A stretch of 64,000 nucleotides of DNA, taken from Nitrosospira sp. 56-18. Lineage in GTDB: Bacteria; Pseudomonadota; Gammaproteobacteria; Burkholderiales; Nitrosomonadaceae. Under the pieces are notes generated by a model. The model was given only the letters and a program-made list of their open reading frames with translations, searched no databases and was not told where the DNA came from. Positions 29,135-38,826 of this stretch are shown piece after piece (within the stretch, counting starts at the first letter, position 1; each line of letters starts with the position of its first letter). Position numbers and translations under genes: made by a program. Location: NCBI GenBank assembly GCA_001899235.1, contig MKVR01000052.1, forward strand, positions 98,944 through 162,943. Direction: 5' to 3'.

Positions 29135-29213
29135 ATTGCCGCGAAAAGGGGAATTCAGTAGCTTGAAACAGCCCTGGATTCCGGATCATCGCTGGCGCGG
29201 CGTCCGGAATGAC
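29135..29213 (-). repeat. GTCATTCC-type REP-like element, copy B
   Basis: CAGTAGCTTGAAA..CTGGATTCCGG..GCGCGGCGTCCGGAATGAC; inverted relative to copy A. Confidence 0.75.
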
Positions 29214-29321
29214 GAAGGTTTCCTGGGCGCAAAACAAGTGTTGACAGGCCCTCCAAGACTGAATTCCCACACCTCGAGCGCGAAATTCCAGACCTTGTCG
29301 CCTTATTGTTAAAACCGGAAG

Positions 29322-30095
29322 CTATGCGGTCGCAAGAGCGGATTTTTCCGCGCCCTCTCCCGGATAACGAACCTGGTCGTTATCATCCTGGTCCGCATTC
29401 TCGCGCGCGATGGTTCTTTCAGCCTGCAAATCCGCTTCGCGCCTGCGGGTCATGACAATACCCCAGATTCCCAGGACGACAAGAGCGATACTCGCGGGCT
29501 CCGGAACGGCGTTTACGGGCAACTGTGACGGAGCCGGATCAAAATACGTCTGATGCATCAACCCCTGGTTCCCCACGATCACCGATCCCGATGCGACAAG
29601 ATCCATGGTGGAATTGCTTTTTAGCCAATTCAAAGTCCAGTTTGAGCCCTGCATATTGAGCTCGTATGTCTTATCGTTGACCACAAAGTCTTCCACGAAG
29701 GAAAACCCGTTGAATACGCCATTCTGGAATTGTATCGATGGACCGCTCAATACGTTCGAGTCCCCGAAGGCAAATCCCAATGGCTGACTGCCAAATACCA
29801 TGTCAAAAATGGTGTTGTTGGAAACACCATTGACAGGGGTAAGCGCAATGTTGACCGTACCGGTACCACTTCCCGGTATGAGGCTTTTATCAAATAGCAC
29901 ATGCCCGCTCACGGTGCCCGCGGCGCAGCTATTGCATGTGTTGGTCCCCTGCAGGCCCAGGCTGTTGGCCAGGCCGCCGGTAGTCAGGATCGTGCCGGAG
30001 AAATCGGCTCCCACATAGATTTGCGCGGCTTGGGCAGGCAATATGGCAGCGCCAAGAATCCCGGATACAATTGTCGTACGAAAAAATTTACTCAC
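29322..30095 (-). CDS. PEP-CTERM protein with extended C-terminal tail
   Basis: Signal peptide ending AQA; VPEPASIALVVLGIWGIVMTRRR followed by ~38 extra residues. Confidence 0.85.
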   Translation of the reverse strand: MSKFFRTTIVSGILGAAILPAQAAQIYVGADFSGTILTTGGLANSLGLQGTNTCNSCAAGTVSGHVLFDKSLIPGSGTGTVNIALTPVNGVSNNTIFDMVFGSQPLGFAFGDSNVLSGPSIQFQNGVFNGFSFVEDFVVNDKTYELNMQGSNWTLNWLKSNSTMDLVASGSVIVGNQGLMHQTYFDPAPSQLPVNAVPEPASIALVVLGIWGIVMTRRREADLQAERTIARENADQDDNDQVRYPGEGAEKSALATA

Positions 30096-30390
30096 ATCCC
30101 CTCCACGAATGATGATATGAAATCAACAGAACCTGGAGTCATCTTACGCGCGCCATGCCATATAGCTATTGGACTCAAGTACATCCTGTACCATGGTACA
30201 GGTGGCGATACAGGTAGCGAAGGGCACCCCGATGGGTTCATGGCCCGGCAATGAGGTACCCCGCCGCAAGCAGCGGGGTATTGACTGCACTTTTACAAAT
30301 CGCCGGCTTTCAGCCAGCCTTCGCCCCAGGAAGCGGGGATTAAACCCGAAAAGATTAACGGCAGCCGGAAGGAATCCCTGAACGGGAACA

Positions 30391-30501
30391 CGTCATATTT
30401 CCTACACACAATGCCTGTATAGTGAAGATGCCCTTTCGACGAACTTAATGTCGTCATCCACCGGACAGAGATCATTCCCATGAGCCTGTCCGGTTTTTTT
30501 T
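30391..30501 (+). ncRNA. Putative sRNA gene with promoter, copy 1
   Basis: CGTCATATTTCCTACACACAA, TATAGT -10, GACG hairpin, CCGGACAG..CTGTCCGG terminator + T8; paralog at 32113-32225. Confidence 0.5.
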
Positions 30502-30863
30502 CTTGCTGTTTCGCCCGCCTGTACATTTTCTTCACCAGTCAATTCAGCCCGGCCATGGATCCTTCCAGCGGCAATCTGCCCTGATAGCGTCCTTTCAGTT
30601 TCGCCTCGAGCTCGTTGCGTTTCAGATCCGAGTGGAAATCATGCTCCTGGCCAGACTGGTTCTCTGCATTTCCACGGAAGCATCCGGCAGCGGCCCCCGC
30701 GAAGTCGTGGAGACGCTTATCGGCAAATTTTCAATCCAGGGGCTATGAAATCGCCCTTGCCGGCCGTAATAGGTGTTACCAGGACATGATAATCGCGGTG
30801 CGGGCTGCGTGATCCTTGCAGCATTTCGTAAAAAGCTGGCAGGCCCGGCATCCCGAGCCTTGA

Positions 30864-31125
30864 CTCAACAACCACCAGCTAAAGCTGGTGGGTTGGGGTT
30901 GCGGACTGAAAGTCCGGACACGCGTTGCCTGAACGACGCGTCCCAAAATCGGATTTCATTTTGAAATCATCGGCAGCAACTGTAGCAACTGTGGCAACGG
31001 TAGGATGGGTGGAGTGAAACGCAACCCATCAAAAACATCTATCCAGTACCAGGAAAATGATGGGTTACGCTTTGCTCTACCCATCCTACGCAAGCTGGTT
31101 TTATACCTTGGAATGAAAAATAACC
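30864..31125 (-). mobile_element. Non-autonomous IS200-like composite element with GTAG REP doublet, copy 2
   Basis: Reverse complement of the 4648-4912 architecture; left hairpin deleted; 9-bp GCAACTGTR unit expanded. Confidence 0.7.
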
Positions 31126-31164
31126 AGCAATGCCAATGGAAACGAGGGTCGGCCGGGTTCTGGA

Positions 31165-31716
31165 ATGTGCGCCGGCAGCGGAAATGAATACACCAGTTGG
31201 GATGGAGTCGTGAAGGCAAGGTTCGGCCCCTATATTGTTCGCACCGGCAAATCGCTGGCACCCTCGCAATGGCTGATAAGCGCTGCCTACTGGAAGCAGG
31301 GATACACATCGAACCACATACTCACCGGAAATGACGTCGTTATAGATGCGGAACTCTACGGTTCCGTGGTGGGCACGGTGCTGGTAAAACTGGATGGGGC
31401 ACGGGGATTATCGGCAGATGAATCCTATTCGGCCGAGCTTGATTTACTGCGGAACCAGGGCAGGAAGCTGGCCGAGTTATCCCGCTTTGCCGTCCTCCCG
31501 GGACAACGTACCCGGTCCGTGATGGGCGCCATGTTTCACTGTGTTTATTACACCACTCGCCTCCTTAATGGCACCACTGATCTGGTATGCGAGGTTGTGC
31601 CACGGCATGTAGCCGCTCAGCAACGATTGTTAGGTTTCCGGCGGATCGCGGGACCAAAACCCTGTACACGTGTTGGGGTATCGGAAGCGGTATTACTACA
31701 TAGAGAATTGTCATGA
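31165..31716 (+). CDS. FeeM-like N-acyl amino acid synthase / GNAT-fold acyltransferase
   Basis: VGTVLVKLDGARGLSADE.Y..ELD.LR..G.KLAELSRFA..F......DLVCEV.PRH...LGF pattern. Confidence 0.7.
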   Translation: MCAGSGNEYTSWDGVVKARFGPYIVRTGKSLAPSQWLISAAYWKQGYTSNHILTGNDVVIDAELYGSVVGTVLVKLDGARGLSADESYSAELDLLRNQGRKLAELSRFAVLPGQRTRSVMGAMFHCVYYTTRLLNGTTDLVCEVVPRHVAAQQRLLGFRRIAGPKPCTRVGVSEAVLLHRELS

Positions 31717-31895
31717 GCGAATGGATCGAGTTTACAGGCAACGAAATGCCGGTACCGGAAGAAACGCTGGTAGACGTCAAATACAGGGATGGCCGCAAGC
31801 TCTATCGTACGAAAGCCATGCTCTTCTGCTGGACCTTCAATAATCTGAGCAAATTCGACATCATCGAATACCGGATTGCAGAGGATGAGCAATGA
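31713..31895 (+). CDS. Small phage-like hypothetical protein
   Basis: MSEWIEFTG.EMPV...LVDVKYRDG...W......DIIEYR; ATGA overlap with the upstream stop. Confidence 0.6.
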   Translation: MSEWIEFTGNEMPVPEETLVDVKYRDGRKLYRTKAMLFCWTFNNLSKFDIIEYRIAEDEQ

Positions 31896-32089
31896 CCTTC
31901 CACAATAAAAGCGCCTTTGCATGGCTTGTGCGAAAAATCATGAAGTCCGGGCAGAGATGCGAAAAATTTGCTGGCTTGGCTATGGAACCCGGAGTGCCTC
32001 ATCCGAAGTCGGCCTACCGGCTCCATTCCATCTCATTCGCTGAACCGTGCTCGATGCCCAGGCTCGTCCGGCGTCATTATTGGCGGTGA
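31892..32089 (+). CDS. Small hypothetical protein
   Basis: ATGA overlap with the preceding gene; no recognised motif. Confidence 0.35.
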   Translation: MTFHNKSAFAWLVRKIMKSGQRCEKFAGLAMEPGVPHPKSAYRLHSISFAEPCSMPRLVRRHYWR

Positions 32090-32112
32090 AAAGGAACCGC
32101 TGTGTGCGAATG

Positions 32113-32225
32113 CGTCATATTTCCTACACACAACTCCGATATAGTGAATATGCCCCTTGACGGGCTTCATCGCCCCGTCGCATGTCCGGGCAGCCGCTTT
32201 CCCTCAGGCTGCCCGGCATTTTTTT
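32113..32225 (+). ncRNA. Putative sRNA gene with promoter, copy 2
   Basis: Same 21-nt box and same spacing to TATAGT as copy 1; GACGGG..CCCGTC hairpin; CCGGGCAGCC..GGCTGCCCGG terminator + T run. Confidence 0.5.
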
Positions 32226-32968
32226 CTCCATTCAGACCTCCCGTTGCACCTCTTTCACCACCTGATTCGTCCATCTAGCTTGTGATCCGGCCGTTCCACG
32301 GCCTTGCCCGGTTCTCCGGCGCGTCCTTCTCTCTGGCTTGATCTTGCGCTATTCCGGCATCAAAGTTCGGCAAGACCTGCTCTTGTTCCATATTTCTTAT
32401 GGAAACTTGTATGACATCCATCCAAACTTGTCGAGACTCTCTTTTTTTAACAATTCTGCAACATAAAACAAGAAATACTTGACGAATACCGGCGAAAGGA
32501 TGCAAACAGCACGAATTGATGCATTAAAACGCCTTCAAACAGGATAATTCGCATGCATATACCCTGTTTTTAGGCATTTACGGCAATATATGACAAAATA
32601 ATATCTGCAGGACAGGCTTACCGGAATCGCCATCCTTCATGCACGATCCGGCCGCGTCGCGTTTCCTTCTCTCCGGGCGATCGGTTGCCCCCTTCGATTG
32701 CCGCCTGAAACCCGGTCTCATGCATGCTCTTCGATTTCCGGGCGGAATGCATAGTTGATGGGACCATCTATAATGAATACATTCATGACGGTTTTCCGGA
32801 AAATCGGGCAATTTTTAGAAGGAATCACAGTTAATGTTGAGTCACAATTTTGTAACAAATATCCTATATTGTGTATCGGTAGTTAACACTTGTTTTGCGC
32901 GCGCGTCGCTGCTTATCGTTATTCGTTGCCTGCAGAACATGCTCTGCTGCGCGGCTTGCACCTCGTTC

Positions 32969-33047
32969 CATTCCCGCGAAGGTGGAAATCCAGTAGCTTG
33001 AAAAATCCTGAATTCCGGCTCACCGCTCGCGCGGCGTCCGGAATGAC
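32969..33047 (-). repeat. GTCATTCC-type REP-like element, copy C
   Basis: CATTCCCGCGAAGGTGGAAATCCAGTAGCTTGAAAAATCCTGAATTCCGG..GCGGCGTCCGGAATGAC. Confidence 0.75.
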
Positions 33048-33142
33048 CGATATCTCTTATGCAATGGATTTACGCTCATCGCACTAATGGCTTACTCGCG
33101 TAAGCTCATCATCAATGACGTACATAGTGGAGCTGCCAAACT

Positions 33143-33391
33143 ATGAATGCTCAACGACTTTTTCTGACTTGCCCTGATTGCAAGGCCAGTATTCCAGCAG
33201 TTTATTCGACAAGAATCGAATATCCCAAGGCCAGTGACATGCCAGGCCTGATCCACTACAAGCGGATAATCATCGGGGATTGTCCCTGGTGCAAATTAAC
33301 CGTGGTGGGCAACAAGGAAGACCTGGAGTTGCGCAGATCTCCTGAAAAGAGGTCCCTTCATGATCAGTCATCAGTTCAATCTCCCACCTGA
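33143..33391 (+). CDS. Small zinc-ribbon-like protein
   Basis: CPDC ... CPWC pairs. Confidence 0.55.
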   Translation: MNAQRLFLTCPDCKASIPAVYSTRIEYPKASDMPGLIHYKRIIIGDCPWCKLTVVGNKEDLELRRSPEKRSLHDQSSVQSPT

Positions 33392-33599
33392 TTTCTTCTG
33401 ATTGCTTTGCAATACGCCGGAAAAATCGTGAAATAACGCTGAACGTCGAGGAACTCCAGGATTTTAACCCATCTTGGTTCGCACTGATTCAGACCGTGCT
33501 TTTCCAGGATGGTCCGTCGCCTCCAGTTGTTCGCGCAATGCACGACATGATGGCGGCCTGTCGAACAAGTTGAACAAACTGGAAAACAAGGTAACGACA

Positions 33600-34073
33600 A
33601 TGGCCCTTCCTCAAGACGCACCGCCTGCCCGCTATCTGGACGACATGAAAACAGGGTTGCGCTTCGCTGGAAAAGCGCGCGTGGTGCGGGAACGGGAAAT
33701 CATTGCGTTCGCCAGGCAGTTCGATCCCCAGCCCTTCCATATTGACACCAGCCTGGCGGATCAGACTCTGTTTGGCGGCCTGATCGCCAGCGGATGGCAC
33801 ACGGCAGCCATGACGATGCGGTTGCTGCTCGAAGCCTTCCCCATAGGGGAAGGCACGATTGGTCTTGGCAGCGAAGTGACGTGGCCCAATCCGGTGCGCG
33901 CCAATGACTCCATTCACATCGAAGGCGAAGTCAGCGCGGTCAAGCCTTCACGGTCGCATGATGACCGCGGCATTGTCACGGTTCGCGCTGAAACCAAAAA
34001 CCAGAATGGCGAAGTCGTGCAGGCCATGACAGCCAATCTTCTTGTTTTTCGCCGCAAAAGTAAATCGGTATAA
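33600..34073 (+). CDS. MaoC family dehydratase
   Basis: IIAFARQFDPQPFHID, GLIASGWHT, WPNPVR.ND. Confidence 0.9.
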   Translation: MALPQDAPPARYLDDMKTGLRFAGKARVVREREIIAFARQFDPQPFHIDTSLADQTLFGGLIASGWHTAAMTMRLLLEAFPIGEGTIGLGSEVTWPNPVRANDSIHIEGEVSAVKPSRSHDDRGIVTVRAETKNQNGEVVQAMTANLLVFRRKSKSV

Positions 34074-34857
34074 AATCAACCGCGGCCCGTTCCATTATGT
34101 GCGGCCCGATTGCGATTCGTCCGGGCTGTGCATCCCAGAGGCAGTCTTGTTCTTGGAAGAAGCCCTCCGGCTGCAAAAATTGTCCATTTCGCCTTACAGT
34201 GACAAATATAGTTGAATCACTTTGGCTGCGAGCGTTGGGGCCGTCCTGACTGGAATTATTTTCAGGATTGGCAGCATATGCGGGCTGTTGCCCAGTGACA
34301 ACGGATGCGGGTTCGCTCCCATCACAAAACCGGGTGTCCCCCCTGGCCAGTTGCGCTTCAGCAAACCCTTTCCACCCGGCAGACCTGGATCTTGTCCACA
34401 TCGTGGATTCCAGCTTATCGAGTTGCCCGTCATTGAACTCCACCTGGCTGGGGCACCTCATCATCGTCAAACCCGGTGTACGTGATGCGCTTCCCCTAAA
34501 TCCGCTCCATCACTCTTCCGGATTCTGATGTTCAGCGGGTCACCAAGCTAACGCCCCCCTTAACCCTTCGGCGGATTTTTCCTTCCCTCCCCTTCCCTGT
34601 CCTCGCCAGAGGGCTTTTTTGCAGCTTGAATTCCTTATTGAAAATCGTCCAGCGAGAAGATGTCATCAACTCTTGCATTTGCTGCCTGTTTTTACAAAAA
34701 CCACATTGCAACACATTGTTTTTAAATATTAATAGTAGTTGGAACAATATTTGCTTGAATTAATGTGGCAACATCCCCCGGCTGAGTAATTACGGCCTTG
34801 AGCCAGACTACTTAGCTGAATTTACGACTCATCCTAAAAATAATCAAAGGTAATGAT

Positions 34858-35415
34858 ATGGTTAGTTCTTTTTATAAGAATATCGCTTTTGTCCTGATGT
34901 TGGCCGGCGCTGCTGGTGCCAACGCTACCGTAACCAATTTAGGTAATGTGAACCCGGCAGTACCAACAACCTTCACCGGCCGCGTTTTATCCCCCGGTCC
35001 TTTTAATGACGTTTTCAGCTTCATCCTGCCACCCAATAGCGGCTCAGGTTATAGTGTTCTCAATTTCCCGCTCAGTATTCCGGGAGCAGGAAACTTCAAC
35101 ACCGTAATCTCTTCCATATCGCTATACTCGAACGCCGATGGGATTCTTTTCAACGGCGACGATGCAAATGTTTCATCATTCCTGATCCCCGGAGGCAACA
35201 CCTTCAGCTTTTCATGGGCCCCGAGCCTGGGAGGGAGCATGTATATAAGCATCTCCGGGATTGCGAACGGTTCATTTGGTGGTTTATATAGCGGCTCAAT
35301 CAGCGTTTCACCCTCGATCGGTATTTCACCAATTCCAGAGCCGGAAACCTACGCCATGCTGCTGGCAGGGCTGGGTATGATAGGCGCGATAATTCGTCGC
35401 AAGCCACGCGCTTAA
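34858..35415 (+). CDS. FxDxF family PEP-CTERM protein
   Basis: Signal peptide; FNDVFSF motif; IPEPETYAMLLAGLGMIGAIIRRK. Confidence 0.88.
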   Translation: MVSSFYKNIAFVLMLAGAAGANATVTNLGNVNPAVPTTFTGRVLSPGPFNDVFSFILPPNSGSGYSVLNFPLSIPGAGNFNTVISSISLYSNADGILFNGDDANVSSFLIPGGNTFSFSWAPSLGGSMYISISGIANGSFGGLYSGSISVSPSIGISPIPEPETYAMLLAGLGMIGAIIRRKPRA

Positions 35416-35436
35416 TCAACAAGTGTGAGTCAACAA

Positions 35437-35460
35437 AAACGGGAGCTGAAGCTCCCGTTT
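35437..35460. terminator. Bidirectional-type terminator hairpin
   Basis: AAACGGGAGC-tgaa-GCTCCCGTTT between convergent genes. Confidence 0.75.
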
Positions 35461-35572
35461 GCGTTCTGGATACTCGCAAAAATCCTCCATCTCCCACTCG
35501 ATGGATTCACGGGAGAGTTGGGAAAGGGTATTAGTCGCAAGGAATGCTTAGTGATTGATCTGTGGGATTTTC

Positions 35573-36124
35573 CTACTTATCCCATCCGCCCCAGAACAAT
35601 GAGGGAGGAGATCGATCGAGCCAGGCAATGGGATAATGTGAGAGGCCTGGATAAAGACGGCTCCATATAGCCGCCACCAAGGCGAGGCTCAGCACGCCGA
35701 CGAGAACAGGCTCCCAAAGCGCCAGGACACTGCAATGTCCATGAATCATGATGATGGGATTGGCTCCTGCCGGAGGATGCACAGTTCCGGTGAAAAGCAT
35801 GTACCACAAGACCAAAACCTGCGCCAATATGTAAACCCACAATGAATCACCGAAGAGCTGATAACAAGCAATACCAATGAGAGCGCCACCGAGATGACCT
35901 CCGAGCAGCGCCCGGGGCTGTGCTGCGGGAGCGCGCGTAAGACCGAACAGGAAGACCGCGGAACCACCGAGCGAGGCAAAGAAAAACGGTGAAGCCGGTG
36001 GGGAGGAGAGAAGCAGCGCTAGACCAATACCTGCTGCGGCACCCAGCGCGCACCATAGTAAGCGAATTATAGGAGAACGATGCATGAGGTCTATGGTATC
36101 GGAACCAAGCAACCTGGCAAGCAA
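35573..36124 (-). CDS. HPP family membrane protein
   Basis: SLGGSAVFLF..P.AQPR..GGH, TVHPPAGANP; start may be 36085. Confidence 0.88.
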   Translation of the reverse strand: MLARLLGSDTIDLMHRSPIIRLLWCALGAAAGIGLALLLSSPPASPFFFASLGGSAVFLFGLTRAPAAQPRALLGGHLGGALIGIACYQLFGDSLWVYILAQVLVLWYMLFTGTVHPPAGANPIIMIHGHCSVLALWEPVLVGVLSLALVAAIWSRLYPGLSHYPIAWLDRSPPSLFWGGWDK

Positions 36125-36477
36125 AAAAAGCCCTCGATTGAGTACGGGGAGGGGAGTAAACCCGCTCGGGACGGGCCTTGGGGTGATATGAGTGGTTTAA
36201 CTTATGTGGGGAATTAGAATTTTTTGTCGAACCCGGCCTGCTGTCTGAAGACCTATTCCCCCCCCCCCCCGATTCCCGCCTCGGCTTTAACATGAACAAC
36301 CCGGTGAGAAACTACATTTAGAGATACGCCTACGGAAATAATAGGTTCCGTTGCGGTTGAATACATGAATTTGTAGAGGCAAGTCCATACCCCAAGTGTA
36401 ACGGTTTAGCAATACACTTGGAATTGAACCTATTGATTTACTTGATTTAAATTTGCAATCAAGCTATTAGAGAGAAC

Positions 36478-36553
36478 TGGCGTCCCCAAGGGGATTCGAA
36501 CCCCTGTACTCACCGTGAAAGGGTGATGTCCTAGGCCACTAGACGATGGGGAC
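36478..36553 (-). tRNA. tRNA-Glu (TTC)
   Basis: Reverse complement GTCCCCATCGTCTAGTGGCCTAGGACATCACCCTTTCACGGTG..GGTTCGAATCCCC..GGGGACGCCA. Confidence 0.97.
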
Positions 36554-36873
36554 TGCGGAATTTCTTCAAACCGGGCCATCTGGCATGCAAGCAGGATCGG
36601 ACAGACTCCTGGAACGGCTCGAAATCTTCATTTACAAGCCGCCATTATTTTTATACTCCCCCAGCTTGAAACAGCTCATATTCTACCAAAAAAGGCTACC
36701 TGAGCAACGGAATTTGCAAACGGCCTGCACTGACATAAAAAGGAATATAAAAACGAGTCGGCTGTGTAACTGGAAGGATGCATCCAGCCAGGGGCAGTGA
36801 AATACCGCTCCAGCGATATGCTGTTTGTGACAGCGCCAGAAGCGGATCGGGCTTGCCGGGACATAAGGCCAAT

Positions 36874-36900
36874 AAAAAAACCTGCATGATGCAGGCTTTC
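36874..36900 (-). terminator. Terminator downstream of tRNA-Ala
   Basis: Minus strand GAAAGCCTGCA-tca-TGCAGGTTTTTTT. Confidence 0.7.
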
Positions 36901-36942
36901 GGAATTTCTTCGGACTTGCCAGGACTTCTTAAGACAGTGAAA

Positions 36943-37018
<76 letters not shown>

Positions 37019-37145
37019 TTTAAACCACTAGATTACCACCGGATGCCATCAGATAAATGGCAAAAAAGAAGCAGAATTATACGGAGTCGCGCATTTTCCG
37101 TCAATGTGAAGCGGCGATGGCTGCGCATCGGCTGTATGGGGAAGA

Positions 37146-38537
37146 TCAAGCCGGGAAGTCCGCGAGACGGCAATCCATCCGCTTCAGGGTCTCTTCCCTG
37201 CCGAGCAGTTCCAGCACTGCGTTTATGGCAGGCGTTTGCGATTCGCCGGTCACCATCACCCGCAGCGGCATGGCTACCTTGGGCAGCTTCAGCCCATGGG
37301 TAACCGCTGCAGCCTTGATTGCATCGTGAATGGCATGGCTATCCCAATCCACCTGAGCAAGCTTCTCTCTGAGAGCCAGGATCGCCGGCTTGATTTCCGC
37401 GGTGAAATGCTGCGTCTTCAGCTCCTCCGAAGGGTCCAGCGGACGAAAGAAATAAACTGCGGCATCAGCCAGTTCCGCAATCGTTATCACCCGTTCCTTG
37501 AGCAGGCTGATTACTCTGGGAAGATCCGGCCCAGCCTGGACATCGCATCCATCAGCTTCAAGAAAAGGCCGAGCCAGCCCAGCCAGGCGTTTGTCATCGG
37601 CGCCCTTGAGATATTGCTGGTTGAGCCATTGCAGTTTTTCCGGATTGAACCTGGCCGGCGAACGGTTGATGGCGGATAGATCGAACCATTCGACCAGTTG
37701 TTCGCGGCTGAATACCTCTTCGTCCCCATGGGACCAGCCAAGCCGCGCCAGGTAATTGACGAGCGCCTCCGGCAGATAGCCGTCTTCCTGGTATTGCATG
37801 ACCGAAACCGCTCCATGGCGCTTCGACAAGCGTTCCCCATCCGCCCCCAGGATCATCGGCACGTGCCCATAGTGCGGCAGTGGAGCGCCCAGCGCCTTCA
37901 GGATATTGATCTGCCGCGGAGTATTGTTGACGTGGTCGTCGCCCCGGATCACGTGGGTGATATTCATGTCCAGGTCATCAATGACCACGCCGAAATTATA
38001 GGTCGGCACGCCATCCGCCCGCAGCAGCACCAAGTCGTCCAGTTCGCTGTTGGCCACGATGATTTCGCCCTTGACCAGGTCGTTGAATGCTGCCACGCCA
38101 TCGAGGGGGTTCTTCAGCCGCACCACCGGCTTCACGCCTGATGGCGGCTTCTCCTTCGAATCGCGCCAGCGTCCGTCATAGCGGGGCTTCAGACCCGCGG
38201 CACGCTGCTGCTCGCGCATGGCGTCCAGCTCTTCCTTGCTGCAATAGCAATAATAGGCCTTGCCCGTGCGCAGCAACTGGTCCGCCACCTCGTGATAGCG
38301 CGCCAGCCGCTGCATCTGATAAAAGGGCCCCTCATCGTAATCCAACCCCAGCCATGCCATGCCATCGAGTATCGCCTGGGTGGATTGCGCGGTGGAACGT
38401 TCGAGATCGGTATCCTCGATCCGCAAAATGAACTTGCCGCCATGCCTGCGGGCATAAGCCCACGAAAACAGCGCGGTGCGCGCGCCGCCGATATGAAGAT
38501 AGCCGGTAGGGCTGGGAGCAAAACGGGTTCGTACCAT
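37146..38537 (-). CDS. gltX: Glutamate--tRNA ligase
   Basis: [26 protein letters not shown]; adjacent tRNA-Ala/tRNA-Glu. Confidence 0.98.
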   Translation of the reverse strand: MVRTRFAPSPTGYLHIGGARTALFSWAYARRHGGKFILRIEDTDLERSTAQSTQAILDGMAWLGLDYDEGPFYQMQRLARYHEVADQLLRTGKAYYCYCSKEELDAMREQQRAAGLKPRYDGRWRDSKEKPPSGVKPVVRLKNPLDGVAAFNDLVKGEIIVANSELDDLVLLRADGVPTYNFGVVIDDLDMNITHVIRGDDHVNNTPRQINILKALGAPLPHYGHVPMILGADGERLSKRHGAVSVMQYQEDGYLPEALVNYLARLGWSHGDEEVFSREQLVEWFDLSAINRSPARFNPEKLQWLNQQYLKGADDKRLAGLARPFLEADGCDVQAGPDLPRVISLLKERVITIAELADAAVYFFRPLDPSEELKTQHFTAEIKPAILALREKLAQVDWDSHAIHDAIKAAAVTHGLKLPKVAMPLRVMVTGESQTPAINAVLELLGREETLKRMDCRLADFPA

Positions 38538-38826
38538 GGACAGGGAGCGCTAGCGCGGGACCAGCGGGCAAAGTGAGTTATTTTACGCGAGCCCGGCCGT
38601 TGCTGCGGCTTCATTTGACGTGCTGCAGTGAAGCAATGGAATGCTGTCTCGGAATGTTTTATAGAAAATGCTGACTCGCCACCCGGCAGCAGAATAGGCA
38701 GGCCTCTGTTCTCATCTGCATGAATTGATAGATACTGCGAGATAATTGGCCGGGATTCGACCCTGGGCGCCCACCGGCCAATCAAGAAGAGCTATGCAAA
38801 AATCTGAATTCGACTGCGACAGCTTT

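Noticed and set aside
30540-30860. Short ORFs between sRNA-like unit 1 and the IS200-like element
   Set aside because: Frames interrupted by stops, no RBS or motif.
33976-34530. Minus-strand ORF between MaoC and the FxDxF PEP-CTERM gene; possible pseudogene
   Set aside because: Overlaps MaoC and matches no family I recognise; cannot be supported without a search.
36546-36800. ORF containing TDIKRNIK, reminiscent of a P4 integrase N-terminus
   Set aside because: Wrong strand relative to the tRNA, overlaps tRNA-Glu, and similarity is too short.
38745-38785. tRNA T-arm-like GGGATTCGACCC hairpin
   Set aside because: Only a single hairpin with no cloverleaf; more likely a terminator-like stem.
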